This document shows positions 37,424 to 49,585 of a stretch of 64,000 nucleotides of DNA, in pieces; position 1 is the stretch's first letter, and each line of letters opens with the position of its first letter. Location: contig RSEE01000057.1 of the NCBI GenBank assembly GCA_003971905.1, positions 372,001 to 436,000 of the forward strand. Direction: 5' to 3'. The notes under the pieces are model-generated. The model saw nothing but the letters and a program-made list of their open reading frames with translations. It ran no database searches and was not told where the DNA came from. The position numbers were made by a program, and so were the translations under genes. The DNA comes from Moniliella sp. 'wahieum'. Taxonomy: Eukaryota.

Positions 37424-40400
37424 TTAATTAGCATGGTACATGACGAGGGCGAGAAGCGCCGAGCGGATCCAAACGCCGTTCTTGACCTGGCGCCAGTAGG
37501 CCGCGTGTTCCGACAAGTCCACCTCCTCTGCCAACTCGTTAACACGGGGCAGCGGGTGCAGGACAATCATACTGGGCTTGGCACGGGTCAGGACATCATT
37601 GTTGACCACGTAGGCATCCTTGACAGCCTCGTACTCGGCCGGGTTGGTGAAGCGCTCCTTCTGCACCCGGGTGACATACAGCACATCCGTGGTCGGCAGT
37701 ACCTCCTGGAGATCCGTCGTCTCGTATTGCGCTACCCCACGCCGTGCTGCCTCTGCCTTCACCTCCCGCGGCATAGACAGCGCCACAGGCGAAACATAGT
37801 TGAGAGTCACACCGTACAGCGCCAGGAGGCGCACCAGGCTGTGTGTCGTCCGTCCATTCTTGAGGTCGCCCAGCAACGTGACCGTCAACCCGCTAACAGT
37901 ACCGAGCTCTTCGCGAATGGTAAAGACGTCCAGCAGCGCCTGAGTTGGGTGCTCTCCAACACCATCGCCGGCGTTGATGATGGGCACCTGCGAGGCCCGC
38001 GCCGCCTTCTGGGCCGAGCCCACCGCAGGGTGGCGCATGACGATAGCGTCGGTGTAGGAACCGAGCGTGCGTACCGTGTCCTCCAGCGTTTCGCCTTTGG
38101 CCACGGATGAGGTTTGACTCTTGACCGGGAGCACTTGGCCACCCAGACGGTACATGGCTGCCTCGAACGAGGACGAGGTGCGGGTTGATTCTTCGTAGAA
38201 GAGCGTGCACAGCACACGGTTGCGCAGAATGTTGAGCATCCCGTTCCGCTCCACACCCATCCGAATCTCCTGGGCCACCGAGAACAAGCTGTGGAGATCG
38301 TCGCGGGTAAACTGCTTCACCGAGAGAACATGGCGGCGGTTGAACGATGGGTGCGCCAGCTGCAACGCCGAAGCCGGGCTCAACTCGCGGGCGGGCTTTA
38401 GCGCAATCGGCTGCACCAGCTCACTCGCTGTATCTAACACTGGGGGCAGCGACACCTCGCTCTCAGCAATAGACACCCGACGAACGTGACGCGTAACATT
38501 GGATGCACCAAACGAGGCCGACACGTTCTGACCCACAGGGCCATGCGACACACTCTCACCATCAACAAAGACGGTCTTGCCCTTGTTCACCACACGAGAA
38601 ACGGCACCAATGGTGGCGCGCGTTGCTAGTGGCGACCAAACCTTGCCCGCTGGAAGCGGAGCGGCACGGTCAACATCCACCTGCACTTCCGCATCCAGCG
38701 GGGCGTTGAATCCAAAGATGTCGCGCGGGGCCTTGAAGAGCTTGTCGAAATGTCTTCCAGACGCAGGCGTTTCTGGTTGACTGCGTCGAGGAGAGAGAAG
38801 ATGCATACTCTCACGACACCCGACGGGCCGAGACGGAGTGGCCAAGATGGACACCCATAAAGTAGGGCAAGCTACCCACGGAGAGCACGTCAATGTTTGC
38901 CAGGTTCTCCACAGTGCGACCTGATCCGCCTCCGTCGGCAACACGTCGCCTTGGGGTAGCGCACGGTTGAAGAACAAAGCATAGATAGGGACGTCCACTG
39001 TCACCTTGAGCCCCTTGTTCTTGGCGGGAGTGTGATGAGGTTCAGGTGGCCGGATCAGTCAAGCCGGTAACGTGGATGGCACGTGCTGCAAGCTGGCCAA
39101 GAGAAGGATCGAGGCCAAGTCGTTGCCCTTGGCGCTCGTCACCAGAAGACGGTTCGTAGGCCACTCGGAAACATTGCTGCCACCGTAGCCAGTGGGATGG
39201 CCTCTCCGTTCGGATAAGAGGTCACAACGCACAGAGTGCGGGTACGCTCCGACAGTGCCGCCACTTCGTCTGGTTGGGCCGTGGCGGGCACGGCAAGCGC
39301 CAGCGACACATCGCAATAGCCGCTCCGGCCAACTTGCCCTCAATGATCGATAGAGTGTGCTCGTCTTGGATCGAGGTGGTGGTACCCAAGGCGAAAGGTG
39401 AACCGTGGTAAACCCGGCAGAGAGCGAGGCCTTGGTCAACTCAGCCAGCTCACGAGCGCCCCTTGGGGTCGGCAACGTCGGGTAGGAAGGCTCCAACATT
39501 GAACAAACCAGGGAACGTGTGGGTTTGGTGCGACGTTTTGAAGTCGATGCTCGAGATGGGGAAGTCCGAGCCAGCACGGCGGTAACGCGCCAGAGCTTCA
39601 ATGTAGAGTTGGCGTTCTTGACGTTGGTGATAAGCGGAATAGACCGGTCAATTGCCAGGCGACGGGCTTTGTACCCAATCGAAGTGAACGTAGGAGGACG
39701 ACGGTATTGTTCTTACTGGGAGCGAGATGAAGAGAGAAGAGACGCCTTGCGACAAGTGCGAAAGCACGAGTAGTTCGACATCTTGTTGTCGTCTCCTTCC
39801 AGTCCTTATCCTCGGGCAAGGCCTCGAGCTGGATGATGGGGATACCTTGCTCAGAGTAGAAGTCGGCTGTACCACTCGAGCCGTAGAGAGTGTAGCCCAG
39901 CTGGTGCAGCGTCCGTACGGACTGGACCAGCTCCTGCTTCTCGCTGAAAGATCCCACCGACAAGAGGACATTCTTTGTCGGTAATTTGAGGCCCGATGCG
40001 ATCATGCCCTTCAGGTACGCCTCGTACTTGTCGTGGCCGAAACAAGCAACCTCACCCGTTGAGGCCATCTCCACACCCAAGATCGGGTCGGCACCAGCCA
40101 AACGGCTGAACGAAAACTGCGGCACCTTGACACCCACGTACTCTTTAGGTAGGGTGATCTTGGGATACGGCTCAATGGGCAAGCCCAGCATCACTTCCGT
40201 GGCCATCTCGATCGCGTCGACACCTGTGACCTTGGAGACGAAGGGAAGGAGCGGGCAGCACGGACATTGCACTCATCACCTTAATCTCGTTGTTCTTAGC
40301 AATGAACTGGATGTTAAAGGGTCCTGTGACGTGGAGCGATTCGCAATCTTAGCCGTCGCCGCAGTGATGCGCCGCACCGTCTCAGGATCAAGATCCTGAG

Positions 40401-43400
40401 GAGGGAGGATAAGAGTAGCGTCGCCCGAGTGCACACCAGCATTTTCGACGTGCTCCGAGATGTAGTGCATGACCAGCTTGCCATCGCGAGCGACGGCATC
40501 CATCTCAATCTCCTTGGCACCCTCAAGGTACTTGGAAATGACGACCGGATGTTCTCGGTTAACGGCGGCGGCTTGGGAGAGGTAAGAGCTAAGGTCATCC
40601 GAAGAGTAAACCACGTTCATCGCTGCCCCAGACAGGACATATGACGGGCGGACCAAAACGGGATAGCCGAAGCGCTCACATGCAGAGTAGGCGTCATCGT
40701 ACGACGTGAGTTCCTTCCACATCGGCTGGTCCACACCAAGTTTGTCGAGCATACGCGAGAATTTGTACCGGTTCTCAGCCATGTCAATGTTCTCAGGCGA
40801 AGTGCCGAGCACCTTGACGTCTTGACGATGCAGGGGGAGCGCGATGTTGTTAGGGACCTGTCCGCCCATGGAGATAATCACGCCGCTCGACTGCTCAAGA
40901 TCATAGATGTCCAAGACCGTCTCGAGACTAATCTCGTCGAAATACAAGCGGTCCGCCTCGTCATAGTCTGTTGACACCGTCTCAGGATTGTAGTTGATCA
41001 TGACAGTCTTGTACCCGCCGCGTAGTGCGAACAGCACGCACAGCGCACCAGTCAAACTCAACACTGGAACCGATCCGGTATACACCGGAGCCAAGCACAA
41101 TGATCCCTTTGTCGTTGAAGTCCACATCGTGCTCGGTGGCATGATAGGTGGTGTAGAGGTAATTGGTATATGCCGGAAATTCGGCAGCGACTGTGTCGAT
41201 CTGTTTAACGAAGGGCATGATCCCCGTCTCCTTACGAACGCGGCGGACTGCAAGCTCAGTGCTGCCCATGCACTTAGCAAGCAGCTTGTCAGAAAAGCCG
41301 AGCTGCTTACCCGCCCGCAACTGGTCAGGGCTGAGCTGCGACAGTGTCTGCTTTGTGAACCATTGAGCAGCCTTAGTAATGCGCTCAAGCTTGTGAAGGA
41401 ACCAACGGTCAATCGAAGTGGCATCGTGAATCTTGTCAACCGAGTAGCCCTTGCCAAAAGCGTTGGCAATCGCAAAGATGCGACGGTCCGTGGGAACAGT
41501 AAGCTCTTGATCAATCTCATCGTCCTTGACCAAGTCGTTCTAAAAGAGAATGATAGGCGGGGGAAAAGTCAGTAATCAGGCCCAAAATAGATAGGATGAA
41601 AGGCAGCGCAAGCTTGAGGGATACGTACCGTGGCAAAGCCAGGGAAGGATGGGTCGATTGAACGAATTGCACGTGAATCGCTTCTTCAAAGGTGCGACCG
41701 ATTGACATACCTCGCCAACACTTCATCGACGAGCCCAGTGTGGACGAGACGCGAACAAACTTGCGCAGATCCCAGCGAGGGAACTTGCAGACCACATAGT
41801 CAAGTGACGGCTCAAAGCACGCCGAGGTTTTTTGGGTTACTGAATTGCGGATCTCGTTGAGGGGGATATTGAGACCCAACTTGGCAGCGATAAAGGCGAG
41901 CGGGTAGCCGGTGGCCTTGGACGCCAGTGCGACGAACGTGACAGACGGGCGTTGACCTCAATAATGCAGTACTCCTTGCTGTGAGGGTTGAGCGCATACT
42001 GGATTTGCACTCACCTACCACGCCCAAGTGGCGAATAACGTTGACAGCAGTGGTACGAAGCATGTTGTAATCCTCATCAGACAACGTTTGGCTCGGCGCG
42101 ACAACGATTGAGTCGCCGGTGTGAATTCCAAGTGGGTCAAAGTTCTCCATGTTGCAGACGGTGATGCAGTTGTCCTGCGTCACGAACAACTTCGTACTCA
42201 ACCTCCTTCCACCGCGCATCGACTTCTCCACCAGTACTTGCGGAGTTGGCAAACGCAGCCGTGCAGAGCTTCTGCAGCTCATCCACATTAGAGGCAAACC
42301 CGCTACCCAACCCACCAAGGGCAAATGCCGCACGAACAATCACTGGGAAGCCAATCTGCTTGGAAGCCGCCAGAGCCTCCTCCCAAGTCGTGGCCGAGGC
42401 CGAGGGAGCAACCTTCTCGTTAATTTGGGCCAGAGCCTTAGCGAATAGGTCACGATCTTCTGTCGTGATGATCGTGTCAATCGGAGTTCCAAGAATCGTG
42501 ACCCCCAAGGCAGTAGTTCATCCTTAATGGCAATACCCACGTTGAGGGCCGTCTGTCCACCAAATGTGACCGCAATACCGTCAGGCCGCTCGTGCTTGAT
42601 GACCTTCAAGACAAATTCGGGTGTGACTGGAACGAAATAAACCTTGTCGGCCAAACCGGCACTCGTTTGGATCGTAGCAATGTTGGGGTTGATAAGGACA
42701 GTGTAGATACCCTCCTCCTTGAAAGCCTTGATCGCCTGACTGCCCGAGTAGTCAAACTCTCCAGCCTGACCAATCGACAGACCGCCAGATCCAAGCACAA
42801 GAACCTTGCGCACATTACACGAGGGTGTGCCGCTTGGTTGTCCGCTTTCTTGCCCCGACAAAGGGAACGGGGGGAAGGGTCGGGGCAGGCGTCTTGGAAG
42901 CCGCCTTGACCGCGGCACAGTCAACCACGGAGCGGATGAACACATCAAACAGGAACTCCGTGTCGCGCGGGCCAGGAGCAGACTCTGGGTGGAACTGGAC
43001 CGAAAAGAAAGGGCCTGCGATGAGTAGATACCCTCGTTGGAGCCATCATTGGCATTTTGGAAGAGCTCATGCCAGCCATGAGGAAGAGAGTCGACGTTAA
43101 CGGCGTACCCGTGGTTTTGGGAGGTAATGTAACAGCGCCCGCTCAGAACATCAGTGCAGGGGATGTTGGCACCACGGTTACCAAATTTCATCTTTTCCGT
43201 TTTCGCACCTGCAGCGAGCGAAAGAAGTTGATGGCCGAGACAAATACCGAAGATGGGCACCACATCCTCGCCTTTGCGGGCAAGGAGTTTTTCAACGGTC
43301 TTAATAGTCGCACCGCACATGGTGGGGTCACCGGGCCGTTCGAAATAAACACACCATCAAAGGGCTCAGACTCCTGTGTCGTTACATCATAGTCCCACGG

Positions 43401-44426
43401 CACCACCTTGAGCTCAACCCCACGAGAGGTGAAGCAGCGAATCTGGTTGCGCTTCATACCCACGTCAATGGCAATAATCCGAAGAGGACGGCCGGAGGGG
43501 TGCAAAAGTTGACTGATAGCCGTACCTTTGGCATCGTTGGTGGCCGTTGTAGCCAGGGTAAAAAACTGAGGCTTGGTGAGGGAGACCTTGGCCACTAAGT
43601 TGGTGGCGTTGTTGTCGGTGTAGGGAATTTGCTCAAACTCGACGCGCCAAAGAGCATCAGCGTCACCAGCGAGGCCGGTCACAGGCTTGGCAGCAGGCGT
43701 TAGCGCAGGCGAGTCGGCAGCAATGTCTGCCTTGAGGGAACGCAGCGGATCTTTGGGAGAGGACGAAAAGTTCTGCCGAGCCAGCAGTTTGCCCAGCAGC
43801 GATCCACGGTCACGGATCTTTTGTGTAATAGCACGGGTGTCGATACCATAAATAGCAGGCACACCATTCTCGGTGAGCCACTGGCCGAGGCTCGACTGGG
43901 CCAAAAAGTGGGAGAAGTCCTCGCTGTAGTAGGCCACGACAGACCAGCGACGTGAATGCGGGATGACTCGAAGGGCAAGGCAAGCAGTTTTTGCGTCGCG
44001 GCATCTACTTCCTTGCGCGAAGGGACACCGTAGTTCCCCACAAGGGGGAATGTGAGCACAAGAATCTGGCCCTCGTACGAAGGATCGGTGAGGGACTCGA
44101 CGTAACCAACCATGCCTGGCCAAATAAGAGCAATTAGTACGGGCAGCAAGCAAAGCCAGAGATCGAAAGCAAAATGATGCACATACCTGTTTGGAAGACG
44201 CACTCGCCGCTGACGCTCTTAGAGGGAGCACCAAAGCTGAAGCCTCGGAAAGCAGTGCCGTCGGCAAGCTCCAAGACCATGTCCCCAGCATCGGCCGCAT
44301 GGGGAGCGTAAGGAGCCGGACGGGTGGCAGGCGGAGCAGGCCGGCAGTGAGCGTCGCCATGGCGGGCGCCGCTGTAGTTGCCGGTGCCGGCGCGGGAGCA
44401 ACGGCAGGAAGAGTGGAGGGGCTCAT
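37424..44426 (-). CDS. URA2: Multifunctional pyrimidine biosynthesis protein: glutamine amidotransferase, CPSase, inactive DHOase-like domain and ATCase; many frameshifts
   Basis: [119 protein letters not shown]. Introns at 44116-44186 and 41540-41628. The DHO-like region reads PGLFNVGAF and lacks the HxH motif. Confidence 0.97.
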
Positions 44427-45258
44427 GGCAAGTAGAGAGGGTAACCGGCGCGGTGGGGATGGAGGGCTTGTGAGGGGGCAACCTTCCTGGCAGGCCAAGT
44501 GTCCTACCAGGAGAGAGAGGAAAGAAGGCACGTCTCGCAACTCACTGGCTGTCCATTTATTACACGGAAAAAAACTCATCCGTCGGATGGGCAGAGCGGA
44601 ATTGGGGGAAAGCGGAGGCATGGCGCCAGTGTTCTCTTGTCCCGCCGGTCTCGCCTTGCTGCTGTGTGACGTGTGATGCATGTGATATCACATGTGACTG
44701 CCACATGTCAACCCGCCCAATGCCCCTGCGCAGGGGCAGTGTCACAGCCGAGGTGTGCTCAGCATAGCGCCAGCGTGTTGCCGCCTTTCCAACTTTAATG
44801 ACAGTAACCAACAAGAGAAGAGGAGGATCCTTTTATACACCCGCTGTGGGGTAGCAGAAACATTAGGACACGAAAGCTACTAAAGGCCCTACCTTCCTAC
44901 TTGCATTGCCACGCGCCACTCGCTACCTGTCGCCGACCGCTCGCCCCCAGCCCACTCGCTTCCCATAAACACTAGTGCAGCAAAAGTTGACATACCAATG
45001 TCATTAGTATGCGACACAAAAAGTCCCTGCCTGTTCCATATATGCCAGTCGCCCCCCACTGCCGCACCAACATCGTTCTCCGCTGACGGTACACTTTTAA
45101 TCAGCATCATCACCGCCTCCTCATAAGCGTTTGGCAGTCAGGATAGTATGTCCCGCCTGCCACCAGCATGGGCCCACAAAAGAAATGGTCATTATCATTA
45201 TACCAAAGCGATATGTGCACTGTGAGGCCCAACATCCATACGAGCGGCCCTGCCACGT

Positions 45259-45862
45259 TCACCACAGCTTCCTCCTCTCAAGACGCTCGGCGTGCTTAAT
45301 CCGCTGCGCAATCGACCATCGCTTGCGCCGTTCGTCACTGACCATGATCGCGTGCTCACGCGTACGCGGGGTGGCCGGAGCAACCATGCGAATCCACAGC
45401 GGCTTGACACTATACATACGTGCAAGGGCGTAAATGTTGTACTTGACCGGGTCCGACGTGCGCAAGCGCTGGATCGCAATGATGTCCGCAGCCGTCAACG
45501 GGGTCTGACGTGGGTTCACCGCCGGTTCCAACGGTGGGGCCACGCGTCGCGTAGGAGGTGGCAGCGGCGCATCGCACACCGAGTCATCTGTGCCAGTCCT
45601 GGCGTCCTTGCCATCCAGGATGGGCGACAGGACCATCGTCGTGCTCTCCGGCGGCTCCACCGACGGAGGTGGGCGCACCACAAACGTTCTCCTGTCGGCA
45701 GCCGGCTCCAGCCCGCTTTTTTGTCCTCTTCCAGAGGGTCGCGGCTACGCCGAACGGGGGTAACATGCGAATGACGCCCTGTCACGTGCGAGGTAGAGAA
45801 GGAACGACGCTGCCCCCTATCGGAACGGTACCCTTCAAGCTAGCGCGAGCCGCGGTGTGCAT
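45259..45862 (-). CDS. MRPL20: Mitochondrial large-subunit ribosomal protein mL58 (MRP-L20 family); apparently the C-terminal part of a fusion with SQR
   Basis: RDPL...LPTGE(T)FVVRPPPS...LPPP...LTAADIIAIQRLRTSDPVKYNIYALARMYSVKPLWIRMVAP...RW...RLERRKLW*. Preceded by presequence-like MHTAARASLKG...RRSFSTS. Confidence 0.8.
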
Positions 45863-47397
45863 CCCACGAGCCCCCGTCGGCGGGGCAAGCGTCTTGGGAT
45901 TGAGCCATCCCTTGGCCCCGGCCCAGTTACCCTTGACATCGAGCTGTAGTAGACGCGAGGGAAAAACTCTTTCTTCAGGTACCAAAACGCGCGCATGGGC
46001 TCGCCCTGGTCAATGCCAAACTTAGCGAACGACTCCTTGGGTTGCCCGCCGTATTTAAACTCAGCCAAAAGCACCTTGCCGTATTCGGTGATGAGCGGGC
46101 AAGAGGTATAGCCGTCGTACGCAGCAGGCAGCACCGTCGCACCAGGGTTTGCCATGGTGAAGAGCATGTTGGCTACCGTGACAGGCGCTTGAGCGGTAAT
46201 AGCAGCGTCGTCTTGGATGTGGGAGACGAGGATCACCGAGCGACCAAATGTTCTTGTACTTGGTGTGCTGCGTCGTGGCCGGATCGACATCAACAAACCC
46301 GCCTTGTTCAGCTGCCAGAGGGGAGTTCTTGATAAAGTCAAGTGGGCCCATGGGGGGCGATACATGCAACAGATCGTAGGAACGTTCCAACGAACCACCT
46401 TCGGGGGTGGTAAAAGTAGCCACCTTCTTTCCCGCATCGATCTTGACAAGGTTAGTGTTGAATAAACCCTCAACATGGCGTTCTTTGCGCAGCTCTTCCA
46501 ACACCGCACTGTACTTGGGGACACCGAACATGGTTGGCAACCCATCGAGGAAAGAGACCTTGACTCCCTTGGTGGGATCCGACGGAGAGAATTGGCCCGC
46601 CCGTTTCCAGTGGTCCAAAGCCATCCACATGATTTTTGAGGTGCTCCCGCGCACTTGATTACAGCAGCAGGTTGAGTAAAAATGGCCTGGCCTTTGGTGA
46701 GCGCCTCAATCGCTGGGAATACGTGAGGAACCGTGTTGTAGCCATAGATGCTAACCACACCGCTCTCCTTGGGTTGAGCCAAAGCTTCGGGAAGGCCTTC
46801 AATGGCATCCCAGCTGGTCTTGATGCCTGGGGCAACAACGAGCTGCTCGTATGAGATAGTTCGACCATCACGTGTCTTGATCTCGTTGGATTCGGGAGAA
46901 AAGGTGGAGACCGAGTCCCGCAAGTAATCGATACCCGCTGTCTTGCCAGCCACAGCTGAGGTGACGGTGAGCTCCTTCATACTCCGCCGACCCTCCCCGC
47001 GAGTGCGCACGCCACCGCCGACGAGAGTCCAGCCTGGCTGGTAGTCATGGAACTTGGCCGGGTCAACGACAAGAATGTCGGCAGCCCCCTTGGTGGGGAA
47101 GTACCCAGACTTGGCTACCTCCTTGGCAACGGCCTGGCCGGCAGTGCCGCCGCCCACAACAACAAGACGGTAAGCATGCTTGCGTGCACCGCTCGCGATG
47201 CTGGCAGCGGAAAAGGCATCGTCGGCGACGGTGGTAAGCGTGCGGTGTAGGAGGTGTCCAGGGGCGCAAAAGGTGGTGCGCGGGGAGAAGCAAACGCAGA
47301 GGCAGAGTGGAGTGTGCTCAGGGCCCGGGGAGAGAACAAGCGGGGAGCGTCGCGCCGAGCGCACTGCGAGCTGCAGCGGAACGAGCGAACCAGCCAT
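45863..47397 (-). CDS. Mitochondrial sulfide:quinone oxidoreductase (SQR/Hmt2-like); no stop codon of its own before the mL58 presequence
   Basis: VVVGGGTAG, HDYQPGWTLVGGG, IKCAGAPQKIMW, YDGYTSCPL, AEFKYGG.PKESF, LKKEFFPRVYY..M.KGNW. Arg/Ser-rich N-terminal targeting sequence. Confidence 0.93.
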
Positions 47398-48045
47398 GAA
47401 TACTGCCGGCGTGGTCGGCGTCGTCGTCGTTGCCGCCTAGGCTAGGGCAGGCCAAATTAGCTCAAGTATAGAAACGCCAGGCCCGCTTTAGCGTTTTCTC
47501 CTACGCCTCCCAGAAGAATTGCATTGATGTTCCGCTATTCCGCCGTCCAGACTCCTCGTTTTTTAATGACAGCTCAGCTACTGAGTCCGGAGCCATTGTA
47601 ATATTCCAGGGCTTTTACTTCGTTTGTGTTACGACGAGTAGCTAGCCCACTCCCACCCGCTCATCCTCTTTCCCACTGTGCTGCGCAGCACTGAGTTTCT
47701 GATGTCGCCACTGGAACCAAACGAAGAACATGTACTACAACTTTTGGTTCAAGGTTACTCTTCCGTGTCCCAGCGCAATCGCGCAACCAGACCCCTGTTG
47801 AAGCATGTACAATATGGAAATGCGGCGCCTCTCACATGCCAAGATTGGACTGACGGATAAGTGGGAATGAGTCCCAGGTCTGAACTCCAGTTCAAGAAAG
47901 TGAGGGTCTGTGGTGATGGAATAGAAATCGAGCGGCTGCGACTGCGGAGCCAAAGAGGAAAGCTTGCCCTTGATGCACTATGGGAGGTACGGGAAATGTG
48001 AGGTGCAGTATGGATAAAGGGCCAGAATGCCGAAGCATAATAGCT

Positions 48046-49121
48046 TTACTTTTTCTTGGTAGCCTTGAGCCGGATGGTCTCGTTGTTGACAAAGACACCT
48101 TTCCCCTAGAAACATCGTGTCAGTATGCATGGGCACGTCGCAAGGAATACAAAAGAATCGGACGTACCTTGTAAGGCTCAGGCGGACGCCACCGCCTGAT
48201 GGTTGCAGCGAACTCGCCGAGCAAGTCCTTGGTTGTACTCTTGAGGATGATACGAGTCTGAGAAGGCATAGACGCGACAATGCCCTTGGGGACCGGGATC
48301 AACACAGGGTGAGAGAAACCAAGACGAAGGTTGAGACGGGTACCGTTACGCTGACGATTGCTCATGATTGCCTTGCGGTTGTGGTAAGGAAGAATGTGAA
48401 GCACGTTGGTATTTTTCCGCGCGAGAGCCGCAATGCTGGAGGGGATACCTTCGCTCTCCAACTTGTAGTTGGCCAGACGTTCTTGGTACTTCTCCGCAGC
48501 GAACGGGTCCGGCTCGACCATGGCTCTGTATCCGACACCAACCAGGTTGATCACAGCAGAGTGCGACTCGGTCACACCAGTGATGGCGTTCTGGAGCAGC
48601 TGGCGAGTCAGACCCCACAGGGCATGGTTCTTGCGCTTCTCCACCTCGGTGACTCGGGTGGTCACCACACCGCTCTGGTTCTCCTCATCCTTTGACTTGG
48701 CGGCAATCGGAGGCGTAATGCTAAGACCCACACACTCGTACAACGGCACCACACACTCGCCCACCGGCCCCGAGACCACAATGCTGCGAGCACTGCGCAT
48801 GTCGGGTGGCAGACTGAGGAGGTCGGGTAGATCCCTGCGGGACACAGCGGCCACCTCGTATGCCTTGAGTGCCAGCGCAACAGGAGGAACGGACTTGGGT
48901 GCCACGACGCCATTCGTCTCAAGGATGCCCCCCGGAGGCAAGAGCGGTGGGGGGAGGTCGACAATCTTGAACGTGACGCCGACGGGAACGTGGATGGGAA
49001 GGCGGCCAATGTGGCTGTGGCGCACCGGACCCAGGCGTGCAGAGGGTGCAGCCAGAGTGCGGCCTAATGGGGTGATGGCACGGCCAAGCATGCTCCCCAG
49101 CCCAGTGCGAGGGGCGTGCAT
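48046..49121 (-). CDS. MRPL6: Mitochondrial ribosomal protein uL6m
   Basis: SHIGRLPI, GPVG, ALWGLTRQLLQNAITGV, LVGVGYRA, LRLGFSHPV, WRPPEPYK/GKGVF..ETIRLK. Intron at 48106-48167. Confidence 0.93.
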
Positions 49122-49585
49122 AGCAGCTCGATGGGGCGGGCGCAACGTCGGGGTGAACGAAGACGCGGTGGGCGCTTCTGCCGACGCAGGAGAAGCCCCA
49201 CCCGTTTTCTTCCACACCGGAATGAGCGCCTCCATTCCGCCCGGGCCACCAGCAAGGAAAGCGTGGAATCGGTATGGGCTGACGTAATGCGCGTCCGACT
49301 TGTCCGGAGCGAAGCGGGGAGACGGCGTCGCCAGGGACTGGGGGCAGCACCAGCGCAGTGTCGCCAGATGCTCGATGGGGGACTGTCACTGAACGATCAT
49401 CGACCGCGGTCACCGGTCGACGGCCGGCGATCATTGCTTGTGGGCACGGGCCATCCACCCCATTGATGGCATCGGTTCGATGATCAATGCCTGGCTGGCA
49501 CGCATGGCTCTGGCCCGCATTGTTGGCCCACTACTCGCCCTCGCTGCGCGCCCACCGCCTCTGCCTCTCCTCTGCCTCCACCACC

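Noticed and set aside
38600..39520. Degenerate dihydroorotase domain in URA2
   Set aside because: An inactive DHOase-like linker is the established state of fungal Ura2.
37433..49287. Long antisense ORFs over URA2, SQR and MRPL6
   Set aside because: Shadow ORFs caused by GC-rich codon usage of the real genes on the opposite strand.
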